A DNA stretch of 64,000 nt from an uncultured Planctomycetia bacterium (GTDB taxonomy: Bacteria; Omnitrophota; Gorgyraeia; Tantalellales; Tantalellaceae). The notes beneath the pieces were generated by a model. That model did not search any database, was not told the DNA's origin, and saw only the letters and a list, made by a program, of their open reading frames with translations. Where the stretch lies: contig CAZGQR010000005.1 in NCBI GenBank assembly GCA_964527765.1, forward strand, positions 2,402-66,401, read 5' to 3'. Each line of letters starts with the position of its first letter. Within the stretch, counting starts at the first letter, position 1. The translations under genes were made by a program, and so were the position numbers. Below are positions 11,292 to 20,039 of this stretch, one piece after another.

Positions 11292-11330
11292 CATTATGAG
11301 ACACTTTTTTTCAGAAATTCTTTCAATTTT
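11292..11330 (-). promoter_or_regulatory. Candidate ECF-sigma promoter upstream of spoVG-yraN-comM
   Basis: Minus strand reads A-tract, TTGAAAG-N17-GTCTCATAATG; the same bipartite motif lies upstream of the anti-sigma gene. Confidence 0.55.
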
Positions 11331-11357
11331 TTTTGAGAAAATGGGCTGAAAGGTCGG

Positions 11358-11771
11358 TTATTTTTTGGGATCGAACCGTGAAAGGATCTCGTCGGCTTTA
11401 TCTTTGTCACCGCGTTTCCATGCATCGTGGATCATGATAAGCATTCTTGTGGTCCTGGCGTCGATTATGCATTTTGCGCCCAGGAGCAGAGTTGCCGCCA
11501 GAAATTGCAGGAAATATTTTGGGAACAGGAAAGAGGACGCGAACGCCATTGTTGCCCCTATAAGCCACCGGTTTTTTCCGATCCAGCGAAACACCGTGCT
11601 CGCGATCTCGCCAATGTCGCGTTTATTGATAATATCGTGGGTTTCGGCTATCAGTTTTCGGCATTCCGCGCAGGCAGCAAGGTGTTTTTCTGTTTTGATC
11701 CTCTCTTCTGCCGAAAGAACCCCGCTTATGTATTCGCTTAATATTTCTTCGGATGGGCATATCCTGTTCAT
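11358..11771 (-). CDS. Putative zinc-binding (zf-HC2/ZAS) anti-sigma factor with membrane segment
   Basis: HLAACAEC = Hx3Cx2C followed by a hydrophobic stretch; directly downstream of the ECF sigma gene; AAGGAGG RBS before ATG 11771. Confidence 0.8.
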   Translation of the reverse strand: MNRICPSEEILSEYISGVLSAEERIKTEKHLAACAECRKLIAETHDIINKRDIGEIASTVFRWIGKNRWLIGATMAFASSFLFPKYFLQFLAATLLLGAKCIIDARTTRMLIMIHDAWKRGDKDKADEILSRFDPKK

Positions 11772-11789
11772 GATGGATCTCCTCCTTAT

Positions 11790-11830
11790 CATTATAGACA
11801 ACAATTCAGCGCTTTTTCTTTCAAGTTTTT
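11790..11830 (-). promoter_or_regulatory. Candidate ECF-sigma promoter upstream of the anti-sigma gene
   Basis: Minus strand reads A-tract, CTTGAAAG-N18-GTCTATAATG, just before the RBS. Confidence 0.55.
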
Positions 11831-11851
11831 TTACATTCCGATATTTTTATA

Positions 11852-12457
11852 TTACATGTCCAGAATGTCCTTAAGGTTCCTTCGGAGCCGGTTCTTTGCC
11901 CTGCTGATCAGTGTCGCGACCGTCCCCTCGGGTATATTCATTATCTCCGCTATATCTTTCTGTTTTTTCCCGTCGTATATATTAAGTTTCAAGGCAAGCT
12001 GCTTTCTGTATCCGAGCTTTGAGATCTCTTTTTTCAGGATGTCTTTAAGTTCGTTCTCTTCCAGTGTTTTTGCGGTATTGAACTTGGGAGAGGGGATCAT
12101 GGAGCCGAGTTTTGTGTCCGGAGATCCGGGGAAAGGGCTTTCGTCCAGGGAAAGCGTGCCCCCGGCCCTGAATACGTGCCTTCTGCAGTAATTACTGGTC
12201 GCGTTAAGCGACACTATAACCAGCCAGCTTTTGAGAGAGACCGTATTTTTCACCCCCGAGAGCTTGCCTTTCTCCCATATTGAAAGGAATATTTCCTGAA
12301 CGATATCGCGGGTCTCGTTTTTCGGAAGATGTCTGCCGAGTTTGTTCAGTTTATATCTGACGCTTCTGGTCACAAGGCCGCCGTAGCGCCTGACGAATTC
12401 GTCCCAGGCGGCCGCGTCCCTGTCAATGCATCCTTGCAGTAGCTCTTTGGCGGTCAT
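11852..12457 (-). CDS. ECF-type sigma-70 family RNA polymerase sigma factor
   Basis: Region 2 (AWDEFVRRY..DIVQEIFLSIWE..LKSWL) and region 4 (KDIAEIMNIPEGTVATLISRAKNRLR); start uncertain (12457 preferred, 12517 possible). Confidence 0.9.
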   Translation of the reverse strand: MTAKELLQGCIDRDAAAWDEFVRRYGGLVTRSVRYKLNKLGRHLPKNETRDIVQEIFLSIWEKGKLSGVKNTVSLKSWLVIVSLNATSNYCRRHVFRAGGTLSLDESPFPGSPDTKLGSMIPSPKFNTAKTLEENELKDILKKEISKLGYRKQLALKLNIYDGKKQKDIAEIMNIPEGTVATLISRAKNRLRRNLKDILDM

Positions 12458-12466
12458 AACAGGGAT

Positions 12467-12495
12467 ATTATAGGCCATTTTTATCGGAAAATCAA
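12467..12495 (-). promoter_or_regulatory. Sigma70-type promoter for the ECF sigma gene
   Basis: Minus strand TTGATT-17 nt-TATAAT, ending 9 nt before ATG 12457. Confidence 0.65.
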
Positions 12496-12543
12496 GAAAA
12501 ATTTGATTTTTCATCAAGAAGACATATCCGGTTCACATTTTCC

Positions 12544-12572
12544 TTGTAGGCGATTTTCTTTTTTAGTATATT
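12544..12572 (+). promoter_or_regulatory. Putative divergent sigma70 promoter for polX-ligA
   Basis: TTGTAG-17 nt-TATATT. Confidence 0.4.
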
Positions 12573-12620
12573 AACTTAGATCGTGTGTTTATATTTCTTC
12601 GATCTAACCCGGATAAGGTA

Positions 12621-14351
12621 ATGGATAACAGGGAAATAGCCGCCATATTCTCTCATATCGCCGACGCGCTTGAAATAAAGGGCGAGAACGTGTTCAGGGT
12701 CCGCGCTTACAGGGTCGCATCCCAGAACATCACGGGGCTCTCCCGCGAGCTCGCGGATATATACAAGGAAGACCCCTCAAAGCTGGAGAAGATCCCGGGC
12801 ATCGGCAAGGACCTCAAGGAAAAGATCATCGAGATGATCACCACCTCCGGGCTCAAGTATTACGATGAACTGATGAAAGAATTCCCGCCCGGCTTCCTCG
12901 AGATGTTCGACCTTCCCGGTCTCGGGCCCAAGAAGTTGAAAAAATTAAGGGACGAGCTGGGGATAAAGAACGTGAACGACCTGGAAAAAGCCTGCAAGAA
13001 AGGAAAACTTGAGAGGATCGAAGGCATGGGAAAGAAGACCCAGGAAAAACTTCTGGAGTCGATAGAACACTTCAGGAAACGGGAAGGCCGGATGCTGCTA
13101 TCCGAAGCGGATGCCTGCGCGAACAGGATAGTCGAATACCTTTCGAAGTCCAAGAATTTCAAGAAGATAGAGAAAGCCGGCAGCCTGCGCAGGGGGAGGG
13201 AGACCATAGGAGATCTTGACATACTTACCGTGGCCGGCGACAGCAAAAAAGCCATGGACTATTTCGTGAGCTTCCCCGGTGTTGAGAGCGTGATAGCGAA
13301 AGGCCCCACCAAGTCGAGCGTATCCCTGAAAGGGGGCCCGCAGGTGGACCTCCGGGTAATAGACGCTTCGTGTTTCGGGGCGGCCCTCATGTATTTCACG
13401 GGCTCCAAGCAGCACAATGTGGAGATCCGCAAGATCGCCAAAAGCAGGAAGTACAAGGTGAGCGAATACGGCATGTTTTCCGTATCCCGCGGCAGGGAGA
13501 AGATGGTGGCCGGCAAGACCGAAGAAGAGGTGTACCGCAAACTCGGCATGCAGTGGATCCCTCCGGAACTAAGGGAGTCCCAGGGTGAGATCGAAGCCGC
13601 GATGAAAGGGACTCTTCCCGGGCGGCTTCTGGAGATAAAAGATATAAAGGGAGACCTGCATATACATACTGTTGCGTCTGACGGCAATTTTTCGGCGGAA
13701 GAAATGGCCGCCGCCGCCAAAAAGAAGGGCTATGAATACATGGCCGTGACCGATCATTCCAAGAACGTGCGGATCGCAGGCGGCATGGATGAAAAACGGC
13801 TGCTGAAGGAGATCGAAAAAACAAGAAAGATCGCCAAAAAGATCAAGGGCATAAAAGTGCTCATGGGCGTTGAGGTGGATATACTCGAGGGCGGAAAACT
13901 TGACCTCGAAGATCACGTGCTGAAAGAGCTTGATATCGTGATAGCGGCTGTTCACTCCCGTTTTTCGCTGGATAAGGAAAAACAGACCAGCCGCATCCTG
14001 AAGGGGATGGATAATAAATATGTCAATGTTCTCGCGCACCCGTCCGGCCGGCTCATAACGAGCCGCACCCCGCTCAAGGTCGATTTTGACAAGGTCTTCA
14101 AACACGCATCGGAGAACAATATCTATCTCGAGGTAAATACTCACGGGCAGCGCATGGATCTCAATGACGCACATTGCCGCAGGGCCCGGGAACTGGGCGC
14201 GAAGATCACCGTGAACACCGACGCGCACAGCATCGAACAGCTGGATGAGATGATCTACGGGGTCGTGACCGCCAGGAGGGGCTGGATCGAGAAAAAGGAC
14301 GTGCTTAATACCTACTCTTTTGATAAACTGCTTAAAGCGTTAAAGCGGTAG
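12621..14351 (+). CDS. polX: DNA polymerase X / PHP 3'-5' exonuclease
   Basis: IPGIGK HhH, AGSLRRGRETIGDLDIL (DxD intact), YFTGSK.HN; PHP domain DLHIHT..SDG, TDHS, NTDAH. Confidence 0.95.
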   Translation: MDNREIAAIFSHIADALEIKGENVFRVRAYRVASQNITGLSRELADIYKEDPSKLEKIPGIGKDLKEKIIEMITTSGLKYYDELMKEFPPGFLEMFDLPGLGPKKLKKLRDELGIKNVNDLEKACKKGKLERIEGMGKKTQEKLLESIEHFRKREGRMLLSEADACANRIVEYLSKSKNFKKIEKAGSLRRGRETIGDLDILTVAGDSKKAMDYFVSFPGVESVIAKGPTKSSVSLKGGPQVDLRVIDASCFGAALMYFTGSKQHNVEIRKIAKSRKYKVSEYGMFSVSRGREKMVAGKTEEEVYRKLGMQWIPPELRESQGEIEAAMKGTLPGRLLEIKDIKGDLHIHTVASDGNFSAEEMAAAAKKKGYEYMAVTDHSKNVRIAGGMDEKRLLKEIEKTRKIAKKIKGIKVLMGVEVDILEGGKLDLEDHVLKELDIVIAAVHSRFSLDKEKQTSRILKGMDNKYVNVLAHPSGRLITSRTPLKVDFDKVFKHASENNIYLEVNTHGQRMDLNDAHCRRARELGAKITVNTDAHSIEQLDEMIYGVVTARRGWIEKKDVLNTYSFDKLLKALKR

Positions 14352-14396
14352 AGGGACACTTTCACCCTTAAAAACGGGGACACTTGCGAGGCTAAA

Positions 14397-16385
14397 TTGG
14401 CAAACGGTACAAAAAAAAGGATAGACTGGCTGCGGAAGGAGCTGCGCCGGCACAACGAACTTTATTATGTAAAGGGCAAGCCGGAGATATCGGACAGCCG
14501 GTACGACGAGCTCATGAGGGAGCTTAAGGAGCTGGAAAAAAAGCACCCCCGGTACATGTCGCCGGATTCTCCCACCCAGACCGTGGGAGCGCCTATCCCG
14601 GAGAAGTTCGTGAAGGTCAGGCACCGCTTCCCGATGTTGAGCCTTGAGAGCGTGAGCGATGAAGAAGCGGCGGAGCATTTTGACCGGACATGCGGTAAAG
14701 AGATAGGGACCGCGCCCGAGTACACGTGTGAGCCGAAGCTTGACGGGATCAGCATAGAGCTGGTGTACGAGAACGGCGCCTTTACGTCCGGCTCCACCCG
14801 CGGCGACGGGATAGTCGGGGAGGACGTGACGCTGAATCTCAAGACCATCCCGGACGTGCCCGGGCGCCTCAAAGGAAAAAAGCCCCCGCGGCGCATCGCG
14901 GTGCGCGGGGAAGTCATGATGCACATAAAGGATTTCCGGGAGCTTAACAAGAAACAGGCCGCCGAGGGCAAGGACCTTTTCGCGAATCCCCGCAACGTGG
15001 CCGCCGGATCGATGCGCCAGCTCGACTGGCGGATAACCGGCCAGAGAAAACTGCACGTTTACTGCTACCGCATACTTGATATCTCCGAGGGGATGCCGAA
15101 AAGCCAGACGGAAGCGCTGAAGTTCCTTAAGGAGCTCGGGTTCCGGATATCCCCCAACGCCAGGCACTGTTCCGGCGTGAAGGAGGTGATCGCCTATCAT
15201 CATGATATGGAGAAGAAGCGCGACGATCTTGATTACGAGATAGACGGGGTGGTGGTCAAGGTCGATGATATCGCTTCCCAGGAGAAGCTGGGCAGGCGCA
15301 CCACCAACCCGAGATGGGCGATCGCGTACAAGTTCGAACCGCGCAAGGAGATCACCCGCGTGGAAGATATTACCGTCCAGGTCGGCCGGACGGGGGTCCT
15401 TACGCCCCTGGCGCTTTTGCAGTCGGTCGAGGTCGGCGGGGTGACGGTCTCCCGGGCTACGTTACATAACATGGACCAGATCGCGAAACTGGGCGTGAAG
15501 ATCGGCGATTACGTGAAGGTGGAAAGGGCCGGCGATGTCATCCCGCATATCACGGAGGTCCTCAAGAGGAGACGGACCGGCGGCGAAAAGGAATTCCGCA
15601 TGCCGAAAAAATGCCCGAGCTGCGGGACGCCGATCGAACGGGAAGATGTCTTTTACCGGTGCCCGGCGAGTATCGCGTGCCCGGCCCAGCTCAAGGAGGC
15701 GATGATCCATTACGCCTCTAAGGGAGCCGTTGATATAGACGGGTTTTCGGATAAGACGGTCGAACTGCTGTATGAGAAAGGGCTGATCAAGAGCATAGCG
15801 GACATATATACGCTTAAGCGCGGCGATCTTCTGCGTCTGGAGGGGTGGAAGGAGAGGAAAACGGATAACGTTCTCGGCGCGATAGAGAAAGCGAAGGACG
15901 TGCCCCTGGACAGGTTTGTTTTCGGTCTGGGGATAAGGAATGTGGGAAAGCATATCGCTACCCTTCTGGCGGGCAGATTCGGGACCCTGGAGAATATAAT
16001 GGCCGCCGGCAGGGAGGAGCTCATGGAGATAAACGAAATAGGGCCGGAGATCGCGGAGAGTATCGCTGATTTCTTCAGCAGGAAGAAAAACCTTGATCAG
16101 ATAAAGCAATTGAGGAAGAACGGCGTCGTTGTGCGTGAAAAAAAGAAGACCGGCGGGGGAAAACTCGCAAACAAAAGAATAGTCTTCACGGGGTCCCTTG
16201 AGAGCATGACGCGCTCGGAGGCTAGAAAACTCGTGGAATCCGAGGGCGGGGAAACCCTATCGAGCGTCGGTTCCAGCACGGATCTTGTCGTCGCCGGAGA
16301 GGAAGCCGGGTCAAAGCTTGATAAAGCGAAAAAATTAGGGATAAAGGTCATTACGGAAAGCGAATTCAAAAAACTTGTCAGTTGA
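14397..16385 (+). CDS. ligA: NAD-dependent DNA ligase
   Basis: EPKLDG, TRGDG..GEDVT, RGEV, IDGVVVK, C4 zinc finger and BRCT (GSKLDKAKKLGI); TTG start. Confidence 0.96.
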   Translation: MANGTKKRIDWLRKELRRHNELYYVKGKPEISDSRYDELMRELKELEKKHPRYMSPDSPTQTVGAPIPEKFVKVRHRFPMLSLESVSDEEAAEHFDRTCGKEIGTAPEYTCEPKLDGISIELVYENGAFTSGSTRGDGIVGEDVTLNLKTIPDVPGRLKGKKPPRRIAVRGEVMMHIKDFRELNKKQAAEGKDLFANPRNVAAGSMRQLDWRITGQRKLHVYCYRILDISEGMPKSQTEALKFLKELGFRISPNARHCSGVKEVIAYHHDMEKKRDDLDYEIDGVVVKVDDIASQEKLGRRTTNPRWAIAYKFEPRKEITRVEDITVQVGRTGVLTPLALLQSVEVGGVTVSRATLHNMDQIAKLGVKIGDYVKVERAGDVIPHITEVLKRRRTGGEKEFRMPKKCPSCGTPIEREDVFYRCPASIACPAQLKEAMIHYASKGAVDIDGFSDKTVELLYEKGLIKSIADIYTLKRGDLLRLEGWKERKTDNVLGAIEKAKDVPLDRFVFGLGIRNVGKHIATLLAGRFGTLENIMAAGREELMEINEIGPEIAESIADFFSRKKNLDQIKQLRKNGVVVREKKKTGGGKLANKRIVFTGSLESMTRSEARKLVESEGGETLSSVGSSTDLVVAGEEAGSKLDKAKKLGIKVITESEFKKLVS

Positions 16386-16471
16386 TCCTTCCCGGGTCCA
16401 TCCAAACCTGCGTAACCCCGTATAAATCCACACATTACCGCCGTCCGGAGTAAGCATCGGATTTAATTACA

Positions 16472-16500
16472 TTGACACGGCTTCCCATAATAGATATAAT
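16472..16500 (+). promoter_or_regulatory. Perfect-consensus sigma70 promoter upstream of lysS
   Basis: TTGACA (16472-16477)-17 nt-TATAAT (16495-16500). Confidence 0.85.
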
Positions 16501-16505
16501 TTGGG

Positions 16506-16622
16506 GGTAAAATAATTGTAATATAACGCCAAAATACCCGCCGGTCATGCGGGTAATTCGAGATTGGAAAGGGAGTGGTGTCTCCCGTATTTTCAAGAAG
16601 GGGAGCTTTTATATATTTTACC
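16506..16622 (+). ncRNA. Candidate structured 5' leader or small RNA upstream of lysS (family not recognised)
   Basis: Closing stem GGTAAAATA/TATTTTACC with internal hairpins TACCCGC/GCGGGTA and GGGAG/CTCCC. Confidence 0.4.
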
Positions 16623-16645
16623 AAGCTTTTAAAAGGATAATTATC

Positions 16646-18079
16646 ATGGCGGAAGAAAAAAATGAGCTTATTGAGCAACGGTACAAGAACCTGGAAGAGC
16701 TTGAGAAAGAAGGGATAAGCCCTTTTGGCGAAAGTTTTTCCGATGTTCAGAGCATAGAGTCCGTAAAGAATGATTACTCCGAAGGGCGCAAGGTCAGGAT
16801 CGCGGGCAGGATAATGGCCAGAAGAGAACACGGCAAGAGCGCTTTTCTGGACATCAAGGATTCCACGGGCAAGCTGCAGGCATACCTGAGGAAGGACGTC
16901 ATAGGGGATGAGGCTTTCGGCAGACTGAACAACCTGGATATAGGGGATATCATGGGAGTTGACGGCGAGCTTTTCAGGACAAGAACGGGAGAAGATACCG
17001 TAAAGGTGACCGAATATCGCCTCCTGTCCAAGTCTCTTCTGCCCCTTCCCGAAAAGTGGCACGGCCTGAAGGACGTAGAGACCAGGTACCGCCAGAGATA
17101 CGTCGACCTGATAGTCAACGATTCGGCGCGTGAAAAATTCAAGGCCCGTATCGGGCTTATCCGGAATATAAGGGAGGAGCTTGACAGGAGAGGTTTTCTT
17201 GAGGTCGAAACGCCGATGATGCATCCGGTGCCCGGCGGCGCCGCGGGAAAACCTTTCAAGACGCACCACGAAGCGCTGGATATAGACCTGTATCTGAGGA
17301 TCGCCCCGGAAATATACCTTAAGAAACTTCTTGTAGGGGGATTTGAAAAGGTGTTCGAGATAAACCGCTCTTTCCGGAACGAGGGTATCTCCACGAGGCA
17401 CAACCCCGAATTCACCATGCTGGAGGTGTACGAGGCGTATTCCGACTCGAGTGGCATGATGAAACTTACCGAAGAGCTTATCCGTTCCGCGGCAAAGGCC
17501 ATACTCGGCACGGAAACGTTCAGTTACCAGGACAGGAAGGTGGACCTGACGGCCTGGAAAAAGATCTCGTTCGCGGAGCTTATGGAAGATAATTTCGGCA
17601 TCAGGATCGACGATCCGCTGGCCGAATGGGTAAGCAAGCTCAAGGCAAAGGGGATCGAGATAGAGGGCGATACCGTCAGCAAGACGCAGATCATCAATAT
17701 CGTGGGCGAACTTGTCGAACCGAAGACCGAAACGCACCCGGTTTTTGTCGTGGACATGTTCAAGGAACTGAGCCCGCTGGCAAAAGAAAAAAAGGGCGCC
17801 CCCGGGCTGGTCGACAGGTTCGAGCTGTATATCGGAGGGCTTGAGGTGGCTAACGCTTATTCGGAGCTCAACGACCCTATCGATCAGCGCAGGAGGTTCG
17901 AGGAACAGGTCAAGACGGACCCGGATGCGATGGTCGATGATGATTTTATCAGGGCGCTTGAATACGGGATGCCGCCCGCCGGAGGCCTGGGGATAGGGAT
18001 AGACCGGCTTGCCATGATCTTTACGGATTCGGCGAGTATCCGGGAAGTGATCTTCTTTCCCCATATGAGGCCGGAGTAA
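16646..18079 (+). CDS. lysS: Lysine--tRNA ligase (class II)
   Basis: RYRQRYVDLI, GGAAGKPF.THH, FRNEGISTRHNPEFTMLE and GMPPAGGLGIGIDRL motifs. Confidence 0.97.
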   Translation: MAEEKNELIEQRYKNLEELEKEGISPFGESFSDVQSIESVKNDYSEGRKVRIAGRIMARREHGKSAFLDIKDSTGKLQAYLRKDVIGDEAFGRLNNLDIGDIMGVDGELFRTRTGEDTVKVTEYRLLSKSLLPLPEKWHGLKDVETRYRQRYVDLIVNDSAREKFKARIGLIRNIREELDRRGFLEVETPMMHPVPGGAAGKPFKTHHEALDIDLYLRIAPEIYLKKLLVGGFEKVFEINRSFRNEGISTRHNPEFTMLEVYEAYSDSSGMMKLTEELIRSAAKAILGTETFSYQDRKVDLTAWKKISFAELMEDNFGIRIDDPLAEWVSKLKAKGIEIEGDTVSKTQIINIVGELVEPKTETHPVFVVDMFKELSPLAKEKKGAPGLVDRFELYIGGLEVANAYSELNDPIDQRRRFEEQVKTDPDAMVDDDFIRALEYGMPPAGGLGIGIDRLAMIFTDSASIREVIFFPHMRPE

Positions 18080-18087
18080 ATAGTAGC

Positions 18088-19299
18088 ATGTGGACTTTAT
18101 TTATAAGCATCAAATACTTTTTGACCAGGAGAAAAGAAGGGATGATATCCCTGATAGGGGGCATTTCCGTCCTGGGAGTGGCGCTGGGCGTAGCGTCTCT
18201 TATTATTGTCCTGTCGGTGATGAACGGTTTTGATGCGGAGATCCGGAATAAGATCATCGGGACCTACGCCCACGTGATCGTATCAAGGGAGGGGGGTATA
18301 GTTGATCCCACGGCCATGGTATCGCGTGTCGAGTCCATGCCGGGGGTAAAAAGCGCTTCGCCTTTTGTGACCGGGCAGGCGGCGCTGAGGAAGGGTAATG
18401 CCGTCACGGGCGTCCTCCTGAAGGGGGTAGACGCGGAAAAAGAGTCCGAAGTGAGCGAAGTGATAAAATATGCGGGCTCTGCCGGAACCCGGCTGGGAAA
18501 TAATACCATTGTTCTCGGCAGCGAACTGATGAAGAGCGAGGGCATTTCCGTGGGCGATACCGTGGAGATGATCATGCCGTATTCAGTGGTGGATATGGAA
18601 AAGGCCAGGCTAAAGGTCATAGGAAGTTTTAACTCCGGGCGGTACGATTATGACGCGAATATAGCCGTTATCGGGCTGGGGACCGCGCAGCGGCTTTTCC
18701 GCATGGGAAGCGCGGTGACCGGTATCGGCATACGGGTAAAGGACGAGATGGGAGTGAACGGCTTGAAGACGCGCCTGCAGTCCTCTCTGGGATACCCCTA
18801 TATCGTAAAGAGCTGGATGGATCTCGACCGTAACCTTGTGACCGCGCTTGCGCTGGAGAAAAAGATGATGTTCATCATACTGGCGCTTATAGTCATGGTC
18901 GCCTGTTTCAATATTGCCGGTTCTCTTATAATGATGGTCATGGAGAAGACGAGGGATATCGGTATCCTTAAGGCGATCGGGGCGAATTCCCGCGGGGTAA
19001 GACTTGTTTTCCTGCTGGAGGGGGCCATTGTAGGGCTGCTGGGCATCGCGGTAGGAGGCTTCTCGGGTGTTTTCATAGCGGAGAGGGTCAACGTCGTGGC
19101 TGATTTCGTCGAACAGGTGACCGGGATAACTATCTTTCCCAGCGACGTGTATTATTTCACGGAGATACCGGTCCGGGTGAGTGCGCTGGATGTCAGCATG
19201 ATCATTTCAGTGGCCATGCTCCTGGCGCTGGCTGCCGGGATATATCCGGCATGGAAAGCGTCCCGGCTTGATCCGGTGGAAGCGATAAGGTACGAATAG
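18088..19299 (+). CDS. Lipoprotein-releasing ABC permease LolC/E family
   Basis: LGVALGVASLIIVLSVMNGF, EKTRDIGILKAIGA and YPAWKASRLDPVEAIRYE motifs. Confidence 0.92.
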   Translation: MWTLFISIKYFLTRRKEGMISLIGGISVLGVALGVASLIIVLSVMNGFDAEIRNKIIGTYAHVIVSREGGIVDPTAMVSRVESMPGVKSASPFVTGQAALRKGNAVTGVLLKGVDAEKESEVSEVIKYAGSAGTRLGNNTIVLGSELMKSEGISVGDTVEMIMPYSVVDMEKARLKVIGSFNSGRYDYDANIAVIGLGTAQRLFRMGSAVTGIGIRVKDEMGVNGLKTRLQSSLGYPYIVKSWMDLDRNLVTALALEKKMMFIILALIVMVACFNIAGSLIMMVMEKTRDIGILKAIGANSRGVRLVFLLEGAIVGLLGIAVGGFSGVFIAERVNVVADFVEQVTGITIFPSDVYYFTEIPVRVSALDVSMIISVAMLLALAAGIYPAWKASRLDPVEAIRYE

Positions 19300-19307
19300 G
19301 ACCAAAG

Positions 19308-20039
19308 ATGATAAAAGCCGAAAATATAAGTAAAAGCTTCAGGCAGGGAACAAAAACCGTCGATGCGGTGAAAAAAGCGAAGCTGCAGATCGGTAAAGGC
19401 GAGCGCGTGTATATACACGGCCCTTCGGGGGCGGGAAAGTCCACGCTTCTTCACATGCTCGGGGGCTTGAGCCTTCCAACGGAAGGAAGAGTGACGTTCC
19501 TGGGGAAGGATATATACGGCCGGAGCGACAGGGAAAGAAGCCGGCTGAGGAACAGGAATTTCGGGTTCATTTTCCAGTTCTATCATCTTTTATCCGAGTT
19601 GAGCGTCCTGGAAAATGTGATGCTGCCTTCGATGATAAAAGGCGGGGAGACGGTCGGGAATATCAGGTCGCGGGCCGCCGGGATCCTGGAGACCGTTGGC
19701 ATGGCGGATCGCCTGATGCACAGGCCGTCCCAGCTTTCAGGCGGGGAAGCCCAGAGAACGGCCATAGCCAGGGCGCTGGTGAATTCGCCTGACGCGCTCT
19801 TTTGCGACGAGCCGACCGGCAACCTGGATTCGGAGATGAGCAGAGAGATCTACGCCCTTATCCGCGATATCAGCGAGAAGAGAGGAATGAGCGTGATAGT
19901 GGTCTCGCACCAGGACGTGGACAGGGGATTTTTTCATACTGAATACGCGATGAAAGACGGGGTACTGGAAAGAACGCCGGATGATCCGGCGATGGATAGC
20001 AGGATCAAGATAACAAAAGAGGTGATGGATGGGGCTTAA
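19308..20039 (+). CDS. lolD: Lipoprotein-releasing ABC ATPase LolD
   Basis: GPSGAGKST, GFIFQFYHLL, LSGGE and DEPTGNLD; follows lolC/E. Confidence 0.88.
   Translation: MIKAENISKSFRQGTKTVDAVKKAKLQIGKGERVYIHGPSGAGKSTLLHMLGGLSLPTEGRVTFLGKDIYGRSDRERSRLRNRNFGFIFQFYHLLSELSVLENVMLPSMIKGGETVGNIRSRAAGILETVGMADRLMHRPSQLSGGEAQRTAIARALVNSPDALFCDEPTGNLDSEMSREIYALIRDISEKRGMSVIVVSHQDVDRGFFHTEYAMKDGVLERTPDDPAMDSRIKITKEVMDGA

Noticed and set aside
11292-11830. TTGAAA...(T/C)ATAAT as ordinary sigma70 promoters
   Set aside because: The hexamers are 22 nt apart, outside the 16-18 nt range.
16506-16622. Lysine riboswitch or T-box upstream of lysS
   Set aside because: Too short and lacking the consensus elements I know for those families; kept only as an unclassified structure.
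19975-19991. Perfect palindrome CGCCGGAT-G-ATCCGGCG in the lolD tail, resembling an enterobacterial REP core
   Set aside because: Single short occurrence in GC-rich coding DNA; cannot be distinguished from chance.
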